Shown: piece by piece, positions 1 to 10,497 of the stretch
How positions within the stretch are numbered: position 1 is the stretch's first letter
Layout: each line of letters opens with the position of its first letter
NCBI GenBank assembly: GCA_030704615.1
Contig: CM060734.1
Coordinates: 40,796,001 to 40,860,000, forward strand
Source of the DNA: Takakia lepidozioides
Taxonomy: Eukaryota > Plantae > Bryophyta
Direction: 5' to 3'
DNA: 64,000 nucleotides
Notes under the pieces: model-generated
What the model was told of the DNA's origin: nothing
Database searches by the model: none
Seen by the model: only the letters and a program-made list of their open reading frames with translations
Translations under genes and position numbers: made by a program

Positions 1-1207
1 TACCGTCTAATAAACCGTCTGTAGTAGTTGGTTTGTCCAAGGAATCTCCTTAGACTCTTAACGTTATTTGGTGGTGGTGAGGCTTTAATAGCCTCTATCT
101 TTCTAGGATCCACAAGCAATCCCTTCTTACACACAATGTGTCCCAGAAGTACCCCTGAGTTCACACAGAAAGTACACTTTTCTGGATTCAGACCCAGACC
201 TTTCATCCTGCATCTGGCCAAACATAATCCCAACTTCCGCAAGTGCTCATTCTTAGAGTTGTACACACTGAAGTTATCTAAGAACACTTGCATGAAATCA
301 TCCAGATACTCATAGAAGAATTCACTTATCACTATCTGAAAAGTTGCTGATGCATTACAAAGTCCAAAAGGCATGACTTTGTATGCATAAGCACCCCAGT
401 CTGTGATAAAAGCTGTTTTTCCTTGTACTTGGTTATACCCACTGAAACCATCCATGAATGAGTACATCTCATGGCCTGCCGCAGTGTCCAGTACAGCTTC
501 TATGAAAGGCAAATGAAATGGATCTTTCTTTGTACAAGCATTCAACTTCTTATAGTTCACACAAACTCTCAATTTTCCATTCTTCTTGGGAACTATCACA
601 ATGGGTGACAACCAAGTTGTATACTCTATCGGGTATATGAACTTAGCCTCAGCCAACTTCTTGATCTTCCCCAATCTTCTGTGCATAGTTGGGATTCATC
701 TTGTACCTTGCCTGTTTGATTGGTACTGACCCTGGTTCCAGTTCAATCTTATGCTGACAGATCTCAGGTGGTATCCCTTTCAGATCCTCATAGCTCCAAG
801 CAAATACATCTCTGTATTTGATGAACAGACTCTTGGCTTCCTCAAAGAATTCTGGCTCCAAGTCAGCCCCCACTTTCACCAATCTTGGTTCATCCTCCGT
901 TCCCACATTCACTTCTCTCACCTGCTCTTCAGCTGTGATTGTCCATCCAGCCACTACTTCATCCTATAAACTCACAGTACCTGGTTCTTCTAGGATTTCC
1001 ATTTCTCCCTCTCTCTCTCTTCATAGAAATGTGGTGGGTAACTACTTGTTTCACCCTCAATTGGTGTTGCTGTTACTGCACCACAACAGATACCTTTAAA
1101 ACAACTTAGACCTCCCAGTTGCATTTCTGCAACCTGCTCCCACTCTGGGTGTGCAGCAAACAGGGTAGCATTCTGCTTCTCATCAAGTCATTCCCTCCAG
1201 TCATACT
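1..1207 (-). mobile_element. Degenerate Ty3/gypsy pol fragment (pre-RT linker and RT), runs off the window start; host of the element at 1208
   Basis: ORF 649-954 (EPRLVKVGADL...FAWSYEDLKGIPPEICQHKIEL) and RT motifs further left; collinear with 4500-5655 but with indels and stops; homology stops at ccagtcatact (1207). Confidence 0.9.
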
Positions 1208-2181
1208 TGTCGCGCGGCTTTTACTCACCCATCCCTTCGCTATCCGAGGCGGAAACTCCAAGATAGAAGAGTTGGAAATCTCTAAGTACTCAGCCCGCTC
1301 AGAACAATCAGTCATGACCTACAGCTAGTGTATCATGGGGGTGTTTCCTATTTGTTTCCCTTTCCGCATTCATGTTAGCTACCTTACCATTGATAATTAA
1401 GTATCAGTTTGCTTCATCAATCTATCGGATTCCATCAACTCATCCATTCATTCCACAGCTTCACTCAGATCTCTATACACAGTGTGATTGTATCGTATAA
1501 GTATCAGATTATGATTTATCAGGTATCAGGCCGAAGCCATTGTGTCTCTAATCTGCTCTACAATATCACTACAGCTTTGCATATAACAAGCATCTACTAA
1601 TCATCTCTCCTCCTTCACCGTGCTCTCCATGCTTGCTTCCGTTCTTGCTCTCCGCCCGATCCCCTCTCATGCATGACCAAGAAGTGCCCCCCCGTGTAGT
1701 GCTGCTCCTCCTTTTATCTTCCTACCTGTGGCTCTAACCGTTTCCCTCACTAACCGTCGTCCGTGAACTAACATGTTCCATTTGCAGGTGTTGTTCCCCA
1801 CAGTCGTTCCCTGTCCTGCTCTCCATTCCCTATGGTCGTGACAGCTGTGTCAAGCTGTGACTGACTGTGTGAAACTGTGACGGGCTGTGACTGGCTGTGC
1901 GACTGTGTTTGGCTGTGTCGGGCTGTGACTGGCTGTGTGGCTGTGTCGGCTGTGACGGGCTGTGTTGGCTGTGTCGGGCTGTTACTGGTTGTGTGGTTGT
2001 GTCGGCTGTGACGGGCTGTGTTGGCTGTGATGGGCTGTGTCGGCTGTGACGGGCTGTGTAACCCCCTTCTAAAGTGCGCTGCTGTCACCCCTAAGGCTCC
2101 TGTTGGTCTCAGTCTGTGCAAAAATTAAGGGTACCCTACAGATCCCGTATAAGTGTCTAAGTCCCAGACAGTCCTCTAACA
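1208..2181 (-). repeat. 3' LTR of the gypsy element (~974 bp, TG...CA)
   Basis: Starts TGTTAG right after the PPT and ends ...GCGACA exactly where homology to the host pol breaks; no second LTR in the window to confirm it. Confidence 0.72.
1843..2059. repeat. Degenerate ~9-bp tandem minisatellite (GGCTGTGAC/GGCTGTGTC) inside the LTR
   Basis: Repeated ggctgtg cores visible directly. Confidence 0.9.
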
Positions 2182-2597
2182 TTACCCCTTCCCCTCTCAA
2201 AAAGCCGTGTCCTCACGGTTTACTGATTGGGATTAGCAAACCTTTGTGATCAAGCACCTTTCTGACGTTGAGAGTTTCGTGGCGGACTGTGTGTATGAGC
2301 CCGAGGTCTGTCACTGGTTGACGGAGATGTTTGAACACTACCCGGATAAGTGAGGCCCTCTGGAGGCTGATATTGAGGTAACCTTTCAGGCATATGAGAC
2401 CCCCGTCGCTTCTTCTCTGCCGTCTGAATTGCATAGTCTTCTCCCATGTCAAAAGAATCCGCTGAAGAAACAGTTGTATCAAAATCCTCATTGCCTCTCA
2501 GGTGTTTTAATTGTCGAACTTTTTGTGGAATCCTCTGGGGCATACAATGTTGTCCTACCATGTCTGGAAGTTTATATTTTAAAACTTGTTGTAAACG

Positions 2598-5012
2598 CTA
2601 AACAGCAAAATTGGTGAAGACACTGAGCTCCTTGTCTGTCCAGGTGAGTAGGGTACCAATTACTTGTGCACCGTGCAAGTATTTCCATGCCACATGTCCC
2701 TTATAGAAAATATCATCAAAGCCGAATTTCTGTGTTGACAAATTGTTCCAGGCCGCTTGAAACCATGAACGAATTTGAGAATCCTTTTGCATCATAACTT
2801 TTGCCTCATATAGGTACATATGAGGTGGCACTGAAGGTAAGACCCAATGATCCCCACTAGAATAACTTAGAAAGCGCGATTGCATCTTGTGCTGCTCAAT
2901 GTGATAACGTACCAGAAAACAAGCAGCGTAGTATAACCCGCATCCCATGACAATACTTGCTACCTCCTTGGTCTTGGTATAAATGAATCCATGTACAACT
3001 TGGAAGGCAATTAATTCCTTCAACATTGTACTCGCCTCATGCCAGTATTGTGCAAAGTGATGATCCTCAATTGGTCGATTGTTCGGAAGAACTTTAGTCC
3101 TAGTTGCCACTGGCAGCCAAATGCGCATGATTTGGTAGTAATGTGCGAATGACTGCGGAGGACTAAATTCTTTCCAAGCCAAATCCAACATGATGGGAAT
3201 TTGGTTGAAGGGCATAATCATAGCCCTACTGTACTCTCTTGCAGCTGGAGTTTTAGGTGGGTTAAAAACAGCATTACCCCATACCTCCGGCTGTGGTGGT
3301 TGTGGTGTGGTTGTAGTAACAACAGGTTCAGCTACTGGCTCTTGTATCATTGGCATCTCCTGCACCTCCTGTGAAGACTGAAAAACCAAAATTCTGGCTT
3401 GCAAATAAGAAGCCATTAGCTGTTCCTGAGGGATATAGGCTCTTTTGTCGATATTTGAAGTGAGGTCCTCCACTTGAGTCTGCAGTCCATCTACATCCTC
3501 CTGTAACTCTGCTATCCTACTATAGACATTGTCTATAGTAGTTGTGGCAATGTTCTGCACTTGCAGTCTGAGCTCATTCATCTCGCTTTGGGTGAGCTTT
3601 CGTGGTGCTTTTCCCTCCACTGGCCCTTGTGCTAACCAGACCTGCATAAGGCTGTTATCCACCAAGTTGCTTGTGGTTCCCCTGAGAGTGTGCTCCTCTC
3701 CTAGTTTGTACACTTCTAACTGCTGTTGTAAAGCCTCCATGCGCTTCGCATGAGGTTCAACCAAATTTGCATAGGCAGCAAGTAGATTATTGGCTTCCTT
3801 CCAAGCCTTGTTATTGACCGAGATTTCATTTCTATTGGCCATGATCGTTTGTTGCAACTCCATTATAAATAAACTCGCATCAGATAACTGATCGTCCACT
3901 CCTGTGGCGGCCTCTCCTGTTGTTAGTCGTGACAAATGATCTGCCACAAGATGCAAACGGCCAGGCTTGTAAACAACTTCGAACTCAAACTCATGCAAGA
4001 TTATTAACCACCTCACTATCCCTCCACTTATCAAAGGTTTGTTCACCAGATATATCAGAGCCTGGTGATCCACATAAAACATAAACTTTCTTCCCAATAG
4101 GTAATGCCTGAATTTCTTGACTGCATAAATCATTGCCAGTGCTTCTCTTTCAATTGTGCTATAGTTCCTTTCAGCACTGTTCATCAACCTGCTAGCATAG
4201 TACACAGGTGAATCTATATTTCCTGTAACATTCTGGGCTAACACCGCTCCCAACGCTTCTCCTGATACATCGCAGTGAACATGAAATACTACATGCCAGT
4301 GAGGGTTAATCAGCACAGGTGTAGTTGTTACTGACAGTGTAAGTTCCTCAAACGCCTGTTGACATTCAGCTGTCCAGGCAAACACTGCATCTTTCTTCAG
4401 AAGCTTGCTCAATGGTGCTGCTATTTGTGCATACCTTTTGACAAATCTTCTGTAATAACTGGTTTGCCCAAGGAATCTCCTTAAACTCTTAACATTCATT
4501 GGTGGTGGAGAGGCTTTAATAGACTCTGTCTTCCTGGGATCCACAAGAAGTCCCTTCTTACATACAATGTGTCCCAGAAGCACCCCTGAATTCACACAGA
4601 AAGTACACTTCTCTGGATTCAAGCCCAGACCTCTCATCCTGCATCTGGCCAGAAATAACTCCAATTTATGCAAGTGCTCATTCTTAGAGCTGTACACACT
4701 GAAATCATCCAAGAACACCTGCATGAAATCATCCAGATACTCATGAAAAGATTCACTTACTACTCTCTGAAAGGTTGCTGGTGCATTACAAAGTCCAAAG
4801 GGCATGACTTTGTATGCATAAGCACCCCAGTCTGTGATGAAAGCTGTCTTTCCTTGATCTTCTTTTGCCACTTGCACATGATTATAACCACTGAAGCCAT
4901 CCATGAATGAGTACATCTCATGGCCTGCCACAGTGTCCAATACTGCTTCTGTGAATGGTAAAGGGAATGATCTTTCTTCGTACAAGCATTCAACTTCTTG
5001 TAGTTCACACAT
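2598..5012 (-). CDS. RT-RNase H fused to an unknown ~420-aa coiled-coil-containing domain (frameshifted from the upstream gag-PR ORF near 4975)
   Basis: 804-aa ORF; RT motifs MDGFSGY, MPFGLCNAPATFQR, VFLDD; after ...DASLF there is no HHCC/DDE integrase but heptad-rich IAELQEDVDGLQTQVEDL. Confidence 0.8.
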   Translation of the reverse strand: MCELQEVECLYEERSFPLPFTEAVLDTVAGHEMYSFMDGFSGYNHVQVAKEDQGKTAFITDWGAYAYKVMPFGLCNAPATFQRVVSESFHEYLDDFMQVFLDDFSVYSSKNEHLHKLELFLARCRMRGLGLNPEKCTFCVNSGVLLGHIVCKKGLLVDPRKTESIKASPPPMNVKSLRRFLGQTSYYRRFVKRYAQIAAPLSKLLKKDAVFAWTAECQQAFEELTLSVTTTPVLINPHWHVVFHVHCDVSGEALGAVLAQNVTGNIDSPVYYASRLMNSAERNYSTIEREALAMIYAVKKFRHYLLGRKFMFYVDHQALIYLVNKPLISGGIVRWLIILHEFEFEVVYKPGRLHLVADHLSRLTTGEAATGVDDQLSDASLFIMELQQTIMANRNEISVNNKAWKEANNLLAAYANLVEPHAKRMEALQQQLEVYKLGEEHTLRGTTSNLVDNSLMQVWLAQGPVEGKAPRKLTQSEMNELRLQVQNIATTTIDNVYSRIAELQEDVDGLQTQVEDLTSNIDKRAYIPQEQLMASYLQARILVFQSSQEVQEMPMIQEPVAEPVVTTTTPQPPQPEVWGNAVFNPPKTPAAREYSRAMIMPFNQIPIMLDLAWKEFSPPQSFAHYYQIMRIWLPVATRTKVLPNNRPIEDHHFAQYWHEASTMLKELIAFQVVHGFIYTKTKEVASIVMGCGLYYAACFLVRYHIEQHKMQSRFLSYSSGDHWVLPSVPPHMYLYEAKVMMQKDSQIRSWFQAAWNNLSTQKFGFDDIFYKGHVAWKYLHGAQVIGTLLTWTDKELSVFTNFAV

Positions 5013-7075
5013 ACTCTTAGTTTACCATTCTTCTTGGGAACTATAACAATGGGTGACAACCAAGTTATATACTCTATTGGGTATATAAACTTAGCCTCAG
5101 CCAACTTCTTAATCTCTTCTCCAACCTTCTGTGCGTAGTTGGGATTCATTCTGTACCTCGCCTGCTTGATTGGTACTGACCCTGGTTCCAGTTCAATCTT
5201 ATGCTGACAAACTTCAGGTGGTATCCCTTTTAGATCCTCATAGCTCCAAGCAAATACATCTCTGTATTTGATGAACAAGCTCTTAGCTTCTTCAAAGAAT
5301 TCTGGCTCCAAATCAGCTCCTACTTTCATCATCCTCGGTTCCTCTTTAGTTCCCACATTCACTTCCCTCACCTGCTCATCAGCTGTGATTGTCCAACCAG
5401 TCACCACTTCATCCTGTAAGCTCACAGTGGCTGGTTCCTCTAGGATTTCCATTTCTCCTTCTCTTTCTTCATAGAAATGTGATGGGTAACTGTTGGTTTC
5501 CTCTTCAGTTGGTGTTGCTGTCATTACACCACAACAGATACCTCTTAAACAACTTAGGCTTTCCAGCCGCATCTCTGCAACCTGCTCCCACTCTGGGTGT
5601 GCAGCAAATAGGGTAGCTTCCTGCTCCTCATCCAGTCCTCCTCTCCAGTCATACTCTCTGACTCCTCGAGGTCTTCTTGTAGCAAGTAATCTACTAGATT
5701 TCTTTGTGGTAATTTGTATCTCGTGTATCCCATTATGCACGGTTAGTAACTGAGAATTCCAGTCATGGAATACCCTGGCCTGTTTCAGCCACGGACGTCC
5801 CAATAATAAGGAGTAAGCCTCCATGACTTCATCCATCTTTAACACAGTTACTGTGATCATAAAGATCATCTTCTGTATCTGTATCTTAACTCCTCTTATT
5901 AATCCCAATGGCTGTACACTTCTTTGATCTGCCATTGTTACTGTAAATGGGGCTGGTTTCATGTTACTTAGACCAAGCTTCTTCCTTAATTGGTCTGTCA
6001 TGATATTTACTCCAGAACCTCCATCTATCAGTACATCAGTTAGTTCTGTGCTTCCAATTCTCAATTGGATTACTGACATAAAATCATCAAAGTCCATGAC
6101 TGTTTCTCGCCCTTCCGGCTTCACATTATAACTGGTCACCTTGCTGTTCAGGTCTGTGTTTCCTGTCTCTTGGGCAATTCGATTGATTGCTTGATACAGC
6201 CTGTGCCTACAATAAGGTGCCACAGCCAATAGCTGTCCAATGGTAATTTCTGCTTTGGTCTGGCATATTACTTCAGCCAAAGTCTCTTCATTACTTTGCA
6301 TGCCTACATCTTCTTTCTTCCTTTCATCCTCACTCACTTCTTCTTCTCCATCAGAATCAGAGGAATCTGCCACAGGAATATCAGTACTCTTCTGCATTTC
6401 CCTTATAGTATCTGCCACTTCCTTGTGCAGTTCCTTCTCATCTTTCCAAGTCTCTTCATCTTTCCAAGTCTCTTCATCTTTCCAAGTCTCTTCATCTTCA
6501 GGCATATCACTGCCATCTTCATTATCATCATCTTCCTCAGCTACTGGAGGTATTAGTTTGGCTTTGCTTCTGGTTACTATCAGTGTACTTACTTCTGGTA
6601 CAACACATGGCCTAACCATGTGAGCTGCCACCACTGGGCCCTCATTCACAGGAGCTCTCATCTCATTCTGGTGTCTTATCCAGAATGAACAGGCTGCCCT
6701 GCGATGTCCTGGCTGATTACAATAGTAACATAGTTCTTCACCATTGGGTCCTCGCCCTTGGTCTGTTCTTGGATTATTTCTGTAATCCTGATTCCCGGGC
6801 TGGTAATTCCCCCTTGGATTACCCTGATAGTTGCCTCTGGAATTTCCTTGGTAATTTCCTCTTGAATTACTTCTCCCTTCTATGCCATTGTTATAACCAC
6901 CAGACCTACCATAGTGGTCCTGATCATTGTTTCTTCTTGGCTGGGGCTGCACCTGATGCACCCTTACTTGCCTAGGTTCTCTTGCAGCTGTCCTTCTGTT
7001 GTAGTAACAATTCTCAGTAGAATGGTTATCCATTTTACAGATAGTACAGTGTTTCTCCTTCATGTGGCATTCTGT
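4760..7075 (-). CDS. Gag C-terminus (2 zinc knuckles), aspartic protease and start of RT
   Basis: CTICKMDNHSTENC and CYYCNQPGHRRAAC knuckles, SRGNYQGN repeats, (EETWKD)x3 repeat, VLIDGGSGVNIM, WLSPIVIVPKKNGKLRVCVNY. Confidence 0.85.
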   Translation of the reverse strand, partial: TECHMKEKHCTICKMDNHSTENCYYNRRTAAREPRQVRVHQVQPQPRRNNDQDHYGRSGGYNNGIEGRSNSRGNYQGNSRGNYQGNPRGNYQPGNQDYRNNPRTDQGRGPNGEELCYYCNQPGHRRAACSFWIRHQNEMRAPVNEGPVVAAHMVRPCVVPEVSTLIVTRSKAKLIPPVAEEDDDNEDGSDMPEDEETWKDEETWKDEETWKDEKELHKEVADTIREMQKSTDIPVADSSDSDGEEEVSEDERKKEDVGMQSNEETLAEVICQTKAEITIGQLLAVAPYCRHRLYQAINRIAQETGNTDLNSKVTSYNVKPEGRETVMDFDDFMSVIQLRIGSTELTDVLIDGGSGVNIMTDQLRKKLGLSNMKPAPFTVTMADQRSVQPLGLIRGVKIQIQKMIFMITVTVLKMDEVMEAYSLLLGRPWLKQARVFHDWNSQLLTVHNGIHEIQITTKKSSRLLATRRPRGVREYDWRGGLDEEQEATLFAAHPEWEQVAEMRLESLSCLRGICCGVMTATPTEEETNSYPSHFYEEREGEMEILEEPATVSLQDEVVTGWTITADEQVREVNVGTKEEPRMMKVGADLEPEFFEEAKSLFIKYRDVFAWSYEDLKGIPPEVCQHKIELEPGSVPIKQARYRMNPNYAQKVGEEIKKLAEAKFIYPIEYITWLSPIVIVPKKNGKLRVCVNYKKLNACTKKDHSLYHSQKQYWTLWQAMRCTHSWMASVVIIMCKWQKKIKERQLSSQTGVLMHTKSCPLDFVMHQQPFRE

Positions 7076-7294
7076 ACTCGCCCAACTGCCTGCCGTTGTA
7101 CATTGTGCAGTCTGATCGAAGGCTGGCCCACTGTGTGACACTGGCGGGAATACACCTGATCTGCTTGTTGTGAGCAAATAAAAGTTTATGTATCTGTTGC
7201 AGTGCACCAAAATTCGACGTCAGGACAGACATTGGCATGATAGTAGAAATGTAGGATATAAAAACCGAACCTTTTGGTCTCTCACCAGATGCAG

Positions 7295-7767
7295 TAGTCG
7301 GCAGCGACTATGACACCAAATTGTTCGATGGCAGTGTCATAGTCGGTGACAACTACAACTCCGAACTGTGGGTTAGCCAGCCACCCAGCTGGGCGATACC
7401 GGAATAAGGGTGTACATTATATGACATTGATTCGAAGGACCCACCACATAGTCGTTGCCGACTATGGAATTGAGTTAGTTTTTAATTTGCAGGCTAAAGT
7501 CACGCCCTTCTTGCAATAGTCGGCAGCGACTATGATTCCCTAAAGGGCAAAACCTGTGTCATAGTCGATGGCGACTATGACCAGGCCAACTTTGGCTACG
7601 ACAGGGCCGGCTTTCTATAGTTGTTGCCGACTATACCCAATGGATACCCTATACCCAATGACTACCCTATATTGAATTGAGTTGGTTTTTAATTTGCGAG
7701 CAGTAGTCACAGCCCATTTGCAATAGTCGGCAGCGACTATGAACTCTTAAGGGGCAAAACCCGTATC
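7295..7767. repeat. Array of ~7 palindromic ATAGTCG-N4-CGACTAT units, partly within a ~207-bp duplication; probably DNA-transposon subterminal repeats
   Basis: Units near 7295, 7339, 7448, 7516, 7561, 7617 and 7723; segments 7467-7560 and 7674-7767 are similar. Confidence 0.8.
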
Positions 7768-8192
7768 AAAGTGGGATATCCCATAGACTCGGGTTGAAAC
7801 AACCGCCCATGTGTTAACGGACGTCCTCTTGACAACTGCATTTGCCGTATGGCGATGACCTTGTTTTGTGGTGGGGTCTGTACTCAATGCGGGAAAGACA
7901 CCTCCCAGCTCCTCCACTATGAAAGCGCCGCGTGAGACTATGTCCACTTTAGAGTGTCGACGCGTCTCGCCGCCCAAGAAGCCCTGCGCAGCAGCTATGT
8001 ATACATCGCACTCCGCACCACCTTCCCTGTCATTGGATTTCTCTGTTTCGACTCTTATCCTAACTGCCTGGCACCTAACCTCCTTCTTTGTTCTCTCAAG
8101 TACTACTTGAATCCACAACTTCACCACCGAATTTCTGTCACAACAACTTATAGTTCGACCACTGCTTCTGGAGTGCTTACTGATCCAGAACA

Positions 8193-8858
8193 ATGGGAAG
8201 AAGCAGCTCGACAGGTACCACTTTGGTAGTACTAGCTTTTTTGGCTCTCACAGCCGTCGTGGTCACCGCGTCCGACGGCGATCCACTCCAGGATTTCTGT
8301 GTGGCGGACCTGACCAGCACCCTCACAGTAAATGGTCTGGTATGCAAAAACCCAACAACAGTGACCGCAAACGACTTCGTCTTCCACGGCTTGGCCAAGG
8401 CTGGAAACACGGCTGATTCATCAGGTAGCGCTGTGACGCCAGCGTTCGCGACTGCGTTTCCAGGCCTCAACACTTTGGGCATCGCCATGGCGCGCCTAGA
8501 CTTTGCACAAGGAGGCCTTGTGACACCCCACACACACCCACGGGCATCAGAGATGCTATTTGTCGTGGAAGGATCTCTGTATGTGGGGTTTGTGGACACC
8601 AAGAACAAGCTCTTTGCTACCACCCTGCAGAAGGGTGATGTTTTTGTGTTCCCACGAGGTCTTGTGCACTTCGAGCTCAACGTGGGCAACGGGCCAGCTT
8701 TGGCTATCGCAGCACTTAACAGCCAGAATCCGGGGGTGCAACCCATCCCCGCTGCTTTATTTGGTTCCGACATCAGCGACGCTGTGCTGGAGAAAGCGTT
8801 CGCCGTGGATCAGAAGGCAGTGCAGTATTTGAAGTCTAAGTTTACTACGAAGGCGTAA
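8193..8858 (+). CDS. Germin-like protein (cupin_1), intronless, copy 1
   Basis: Signal peptide, QDFCVAD box, PHTHPRASE and PRGLVHF Mn-binding germin boxes, KGD motif. Confidence 0.95.
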   Translation: MGRSSSTGTTLVVLAFLALTAVVVTASDGDPLQDFCVADLTSTLTVNGLVCKNPTTVTANDFVFHGLAKAGNTADSSGSAVTPAFATAFPGLNTLGIAMARLDFAQGGLVTPHTHPRASEMLFVVEGSLYVGFVDTKNKLFATTLQKGDVFVFPRGLVHFELNVGNGPALAIAALNSQNPGVQPIPAALFGSDISDAVLEKAFAVDQKAVQYLKSKFTTKA

Positions 8859-10497
8859 CACGTGTTGCTGTAGTGATCGACTGCGCGTGACAATGTACAT
8901 GTATCGTATGCTAGACAGTTCACTATCTCCATTCTTTGACCCCAATTGTCACTGTGAATATGATGGGGGATTAGCTCAAATAATACTACAAATGCGTAAC
9001 TAGTGTTGCGATAGTGATCGACTGTGACAATGTACATGTATCGTATGCTAGACAGTTCACTATCGCCATTCTTTGACCCCAATTGTCGCTATGAATATGA
9101 TGGGGAATTAGCTCATTGTTTCAATATTCCAAATGGATGCCTATATGATCTTGAAATTGGTTGATGGACCTTGTGGAGTGGTGCTGTCTCACACAAGTAT
9201 CCCACCCTCAATGCAATAGTCATATGCAACATTGGAGGTTTTACATATTGGAGTTAAATATAGGCAACTGCTGCCTTTCCATCAATTCGGTGTGCAACTT
9301 ATTCTAAAGTCTATCATCTAATTTTAGCGCTGACCTGTAGATCATCTTCAAGATCTGAGTGTCAGGTTGTGATACAAATATTCCAGATCTAGCTCTCACC
9401 CAGTTTTGAACTGATGAATCAAGAGGTTGGCATCTTTTGTACTTCAAACAATCTATGTGCTCATCAGCCATAGCATCTCCAAAATGCAGTGCATCTCTCG
9501 CCTTTCCCTCCTTTCATTGTGTTGATGGTAGTTCCTTCATCTGCCGATCCACGTGATGCAAGTCAAACCGTGTGTCCGGAACATATTGTCCTCCTTCATC
9601 TCCCTAGTCACTCTGGCTTGTGGAGGGCCCCTTTCTCTTTCTTGTTTCATGCTTTCTCTTCCCATAAGCTCTCTGAGTTTTTCGCGAACGTTATAAAGTA
9701 CCATTTCATTTCGCTCTGCTCGGGGTCGATTTGGCTTGGCCGGCGTCTTTTCTCTCTATGCCAATCCTCAGTGTATTGAATATTTAGGAGTAACTTGTAA
9801 CCTTGAAATTTTGCTGAAATCATGAATGGAACACTGGTGAGTCTCTACACTAATAAACTTTTCCACTTTTTGATCCAAGCCTCTTCCAATGTAAGTTCGA
9901 GTACAGATCAGTGAATCACAAACCACAACAGCTAGCAGCTAGTGCTCAGTGAGCAAGTCCTGGAATCAAGAGCTCATCTCGTACCAATGTTCAGAGTCTA
10001 TACAATTGTAGTGGAAGCCTCGCAGGTTGAAGTCGCTGTGGGAGAAAAACTGAGTGAGAGAGAGAGAGACTTGGGATTGCTGAGGGCGAGTGATCGGTAG
10101 TCTGACGTTGAATATGAGATAAAGAGGTTCTGAAGTACTAGTGCTCACGACCGAAGTGCGCTCTCCACTTAATTAACTAACTATAATACACGTGCGGTAT
10201 CGCAAAAAACTCCGGGATTGTGTTGGAGAGCGGACTTTTAATACCCACCAAGTACCCTGAACCTTACAGACGTGCAGCAAGAAACTGTGAAAATACCATG
10301 AAGGTCAGTCGCTCTGTATTGAGACAGTGTGATTGTCAGCATCGTTTTCTAGGCTTAAGTTCCTATTCTCGAAAAACCAGTCCCCTAGCCCTTAATGCCT
10401 AGGCTATGGAGCCCAGCAGAAGTGAACTTTCCTGTCAACATGCTTTCGCAGACTATCTTTTTTATTGTATCTATATTTTCGGCTTTTCTCTTTCTAC

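Larger units (their letters stand above)
1208..7075 (-). mobile_element. 5'-truncated non-chromovirus Ty3/gypsy LTR retrotransposon: gag C-terminus, protease, RT, RNase H, extra ORF, PPT, 3' LTR; no integrase
   Basis: Two CCHC knuckles, protease LIDGGS, RT VFLDD and RNase H (CDVS...EREAL...DH...ADHLSR); PPT GAGAGGGGAAGGGG (2185-2198) next to an LTR starting TGTTAG at 2181. Confidence 0.88.

Noticed and set aside
1768-2121. 117-aa Q/T/S-rich ORF
   Set aside because: Translation of the LTR minisatellite
7295-7740. CRISPR-like appearance of the palindromic repeats
   Set aside because: Eukaryotic context, irregular and partly duplicated spacers, mixed orientation, no cas genes
8177-8773. ~200-aa antisense ORFs over every germin copy (also 12976, 18613, 32838)
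   Set aside because: Shadow ORFs of the GC-rich sense CDS, repeated only because the genes are duplicates; no recognisable protein
9489-9779. Recurrent ~96-aa ORF MHLSPFPPF... (also 15210, 19900, 36319)
   Set aside because: Lies in the duplicated 3' flank, uses a non-ATG start, and its frame is broken in other copies
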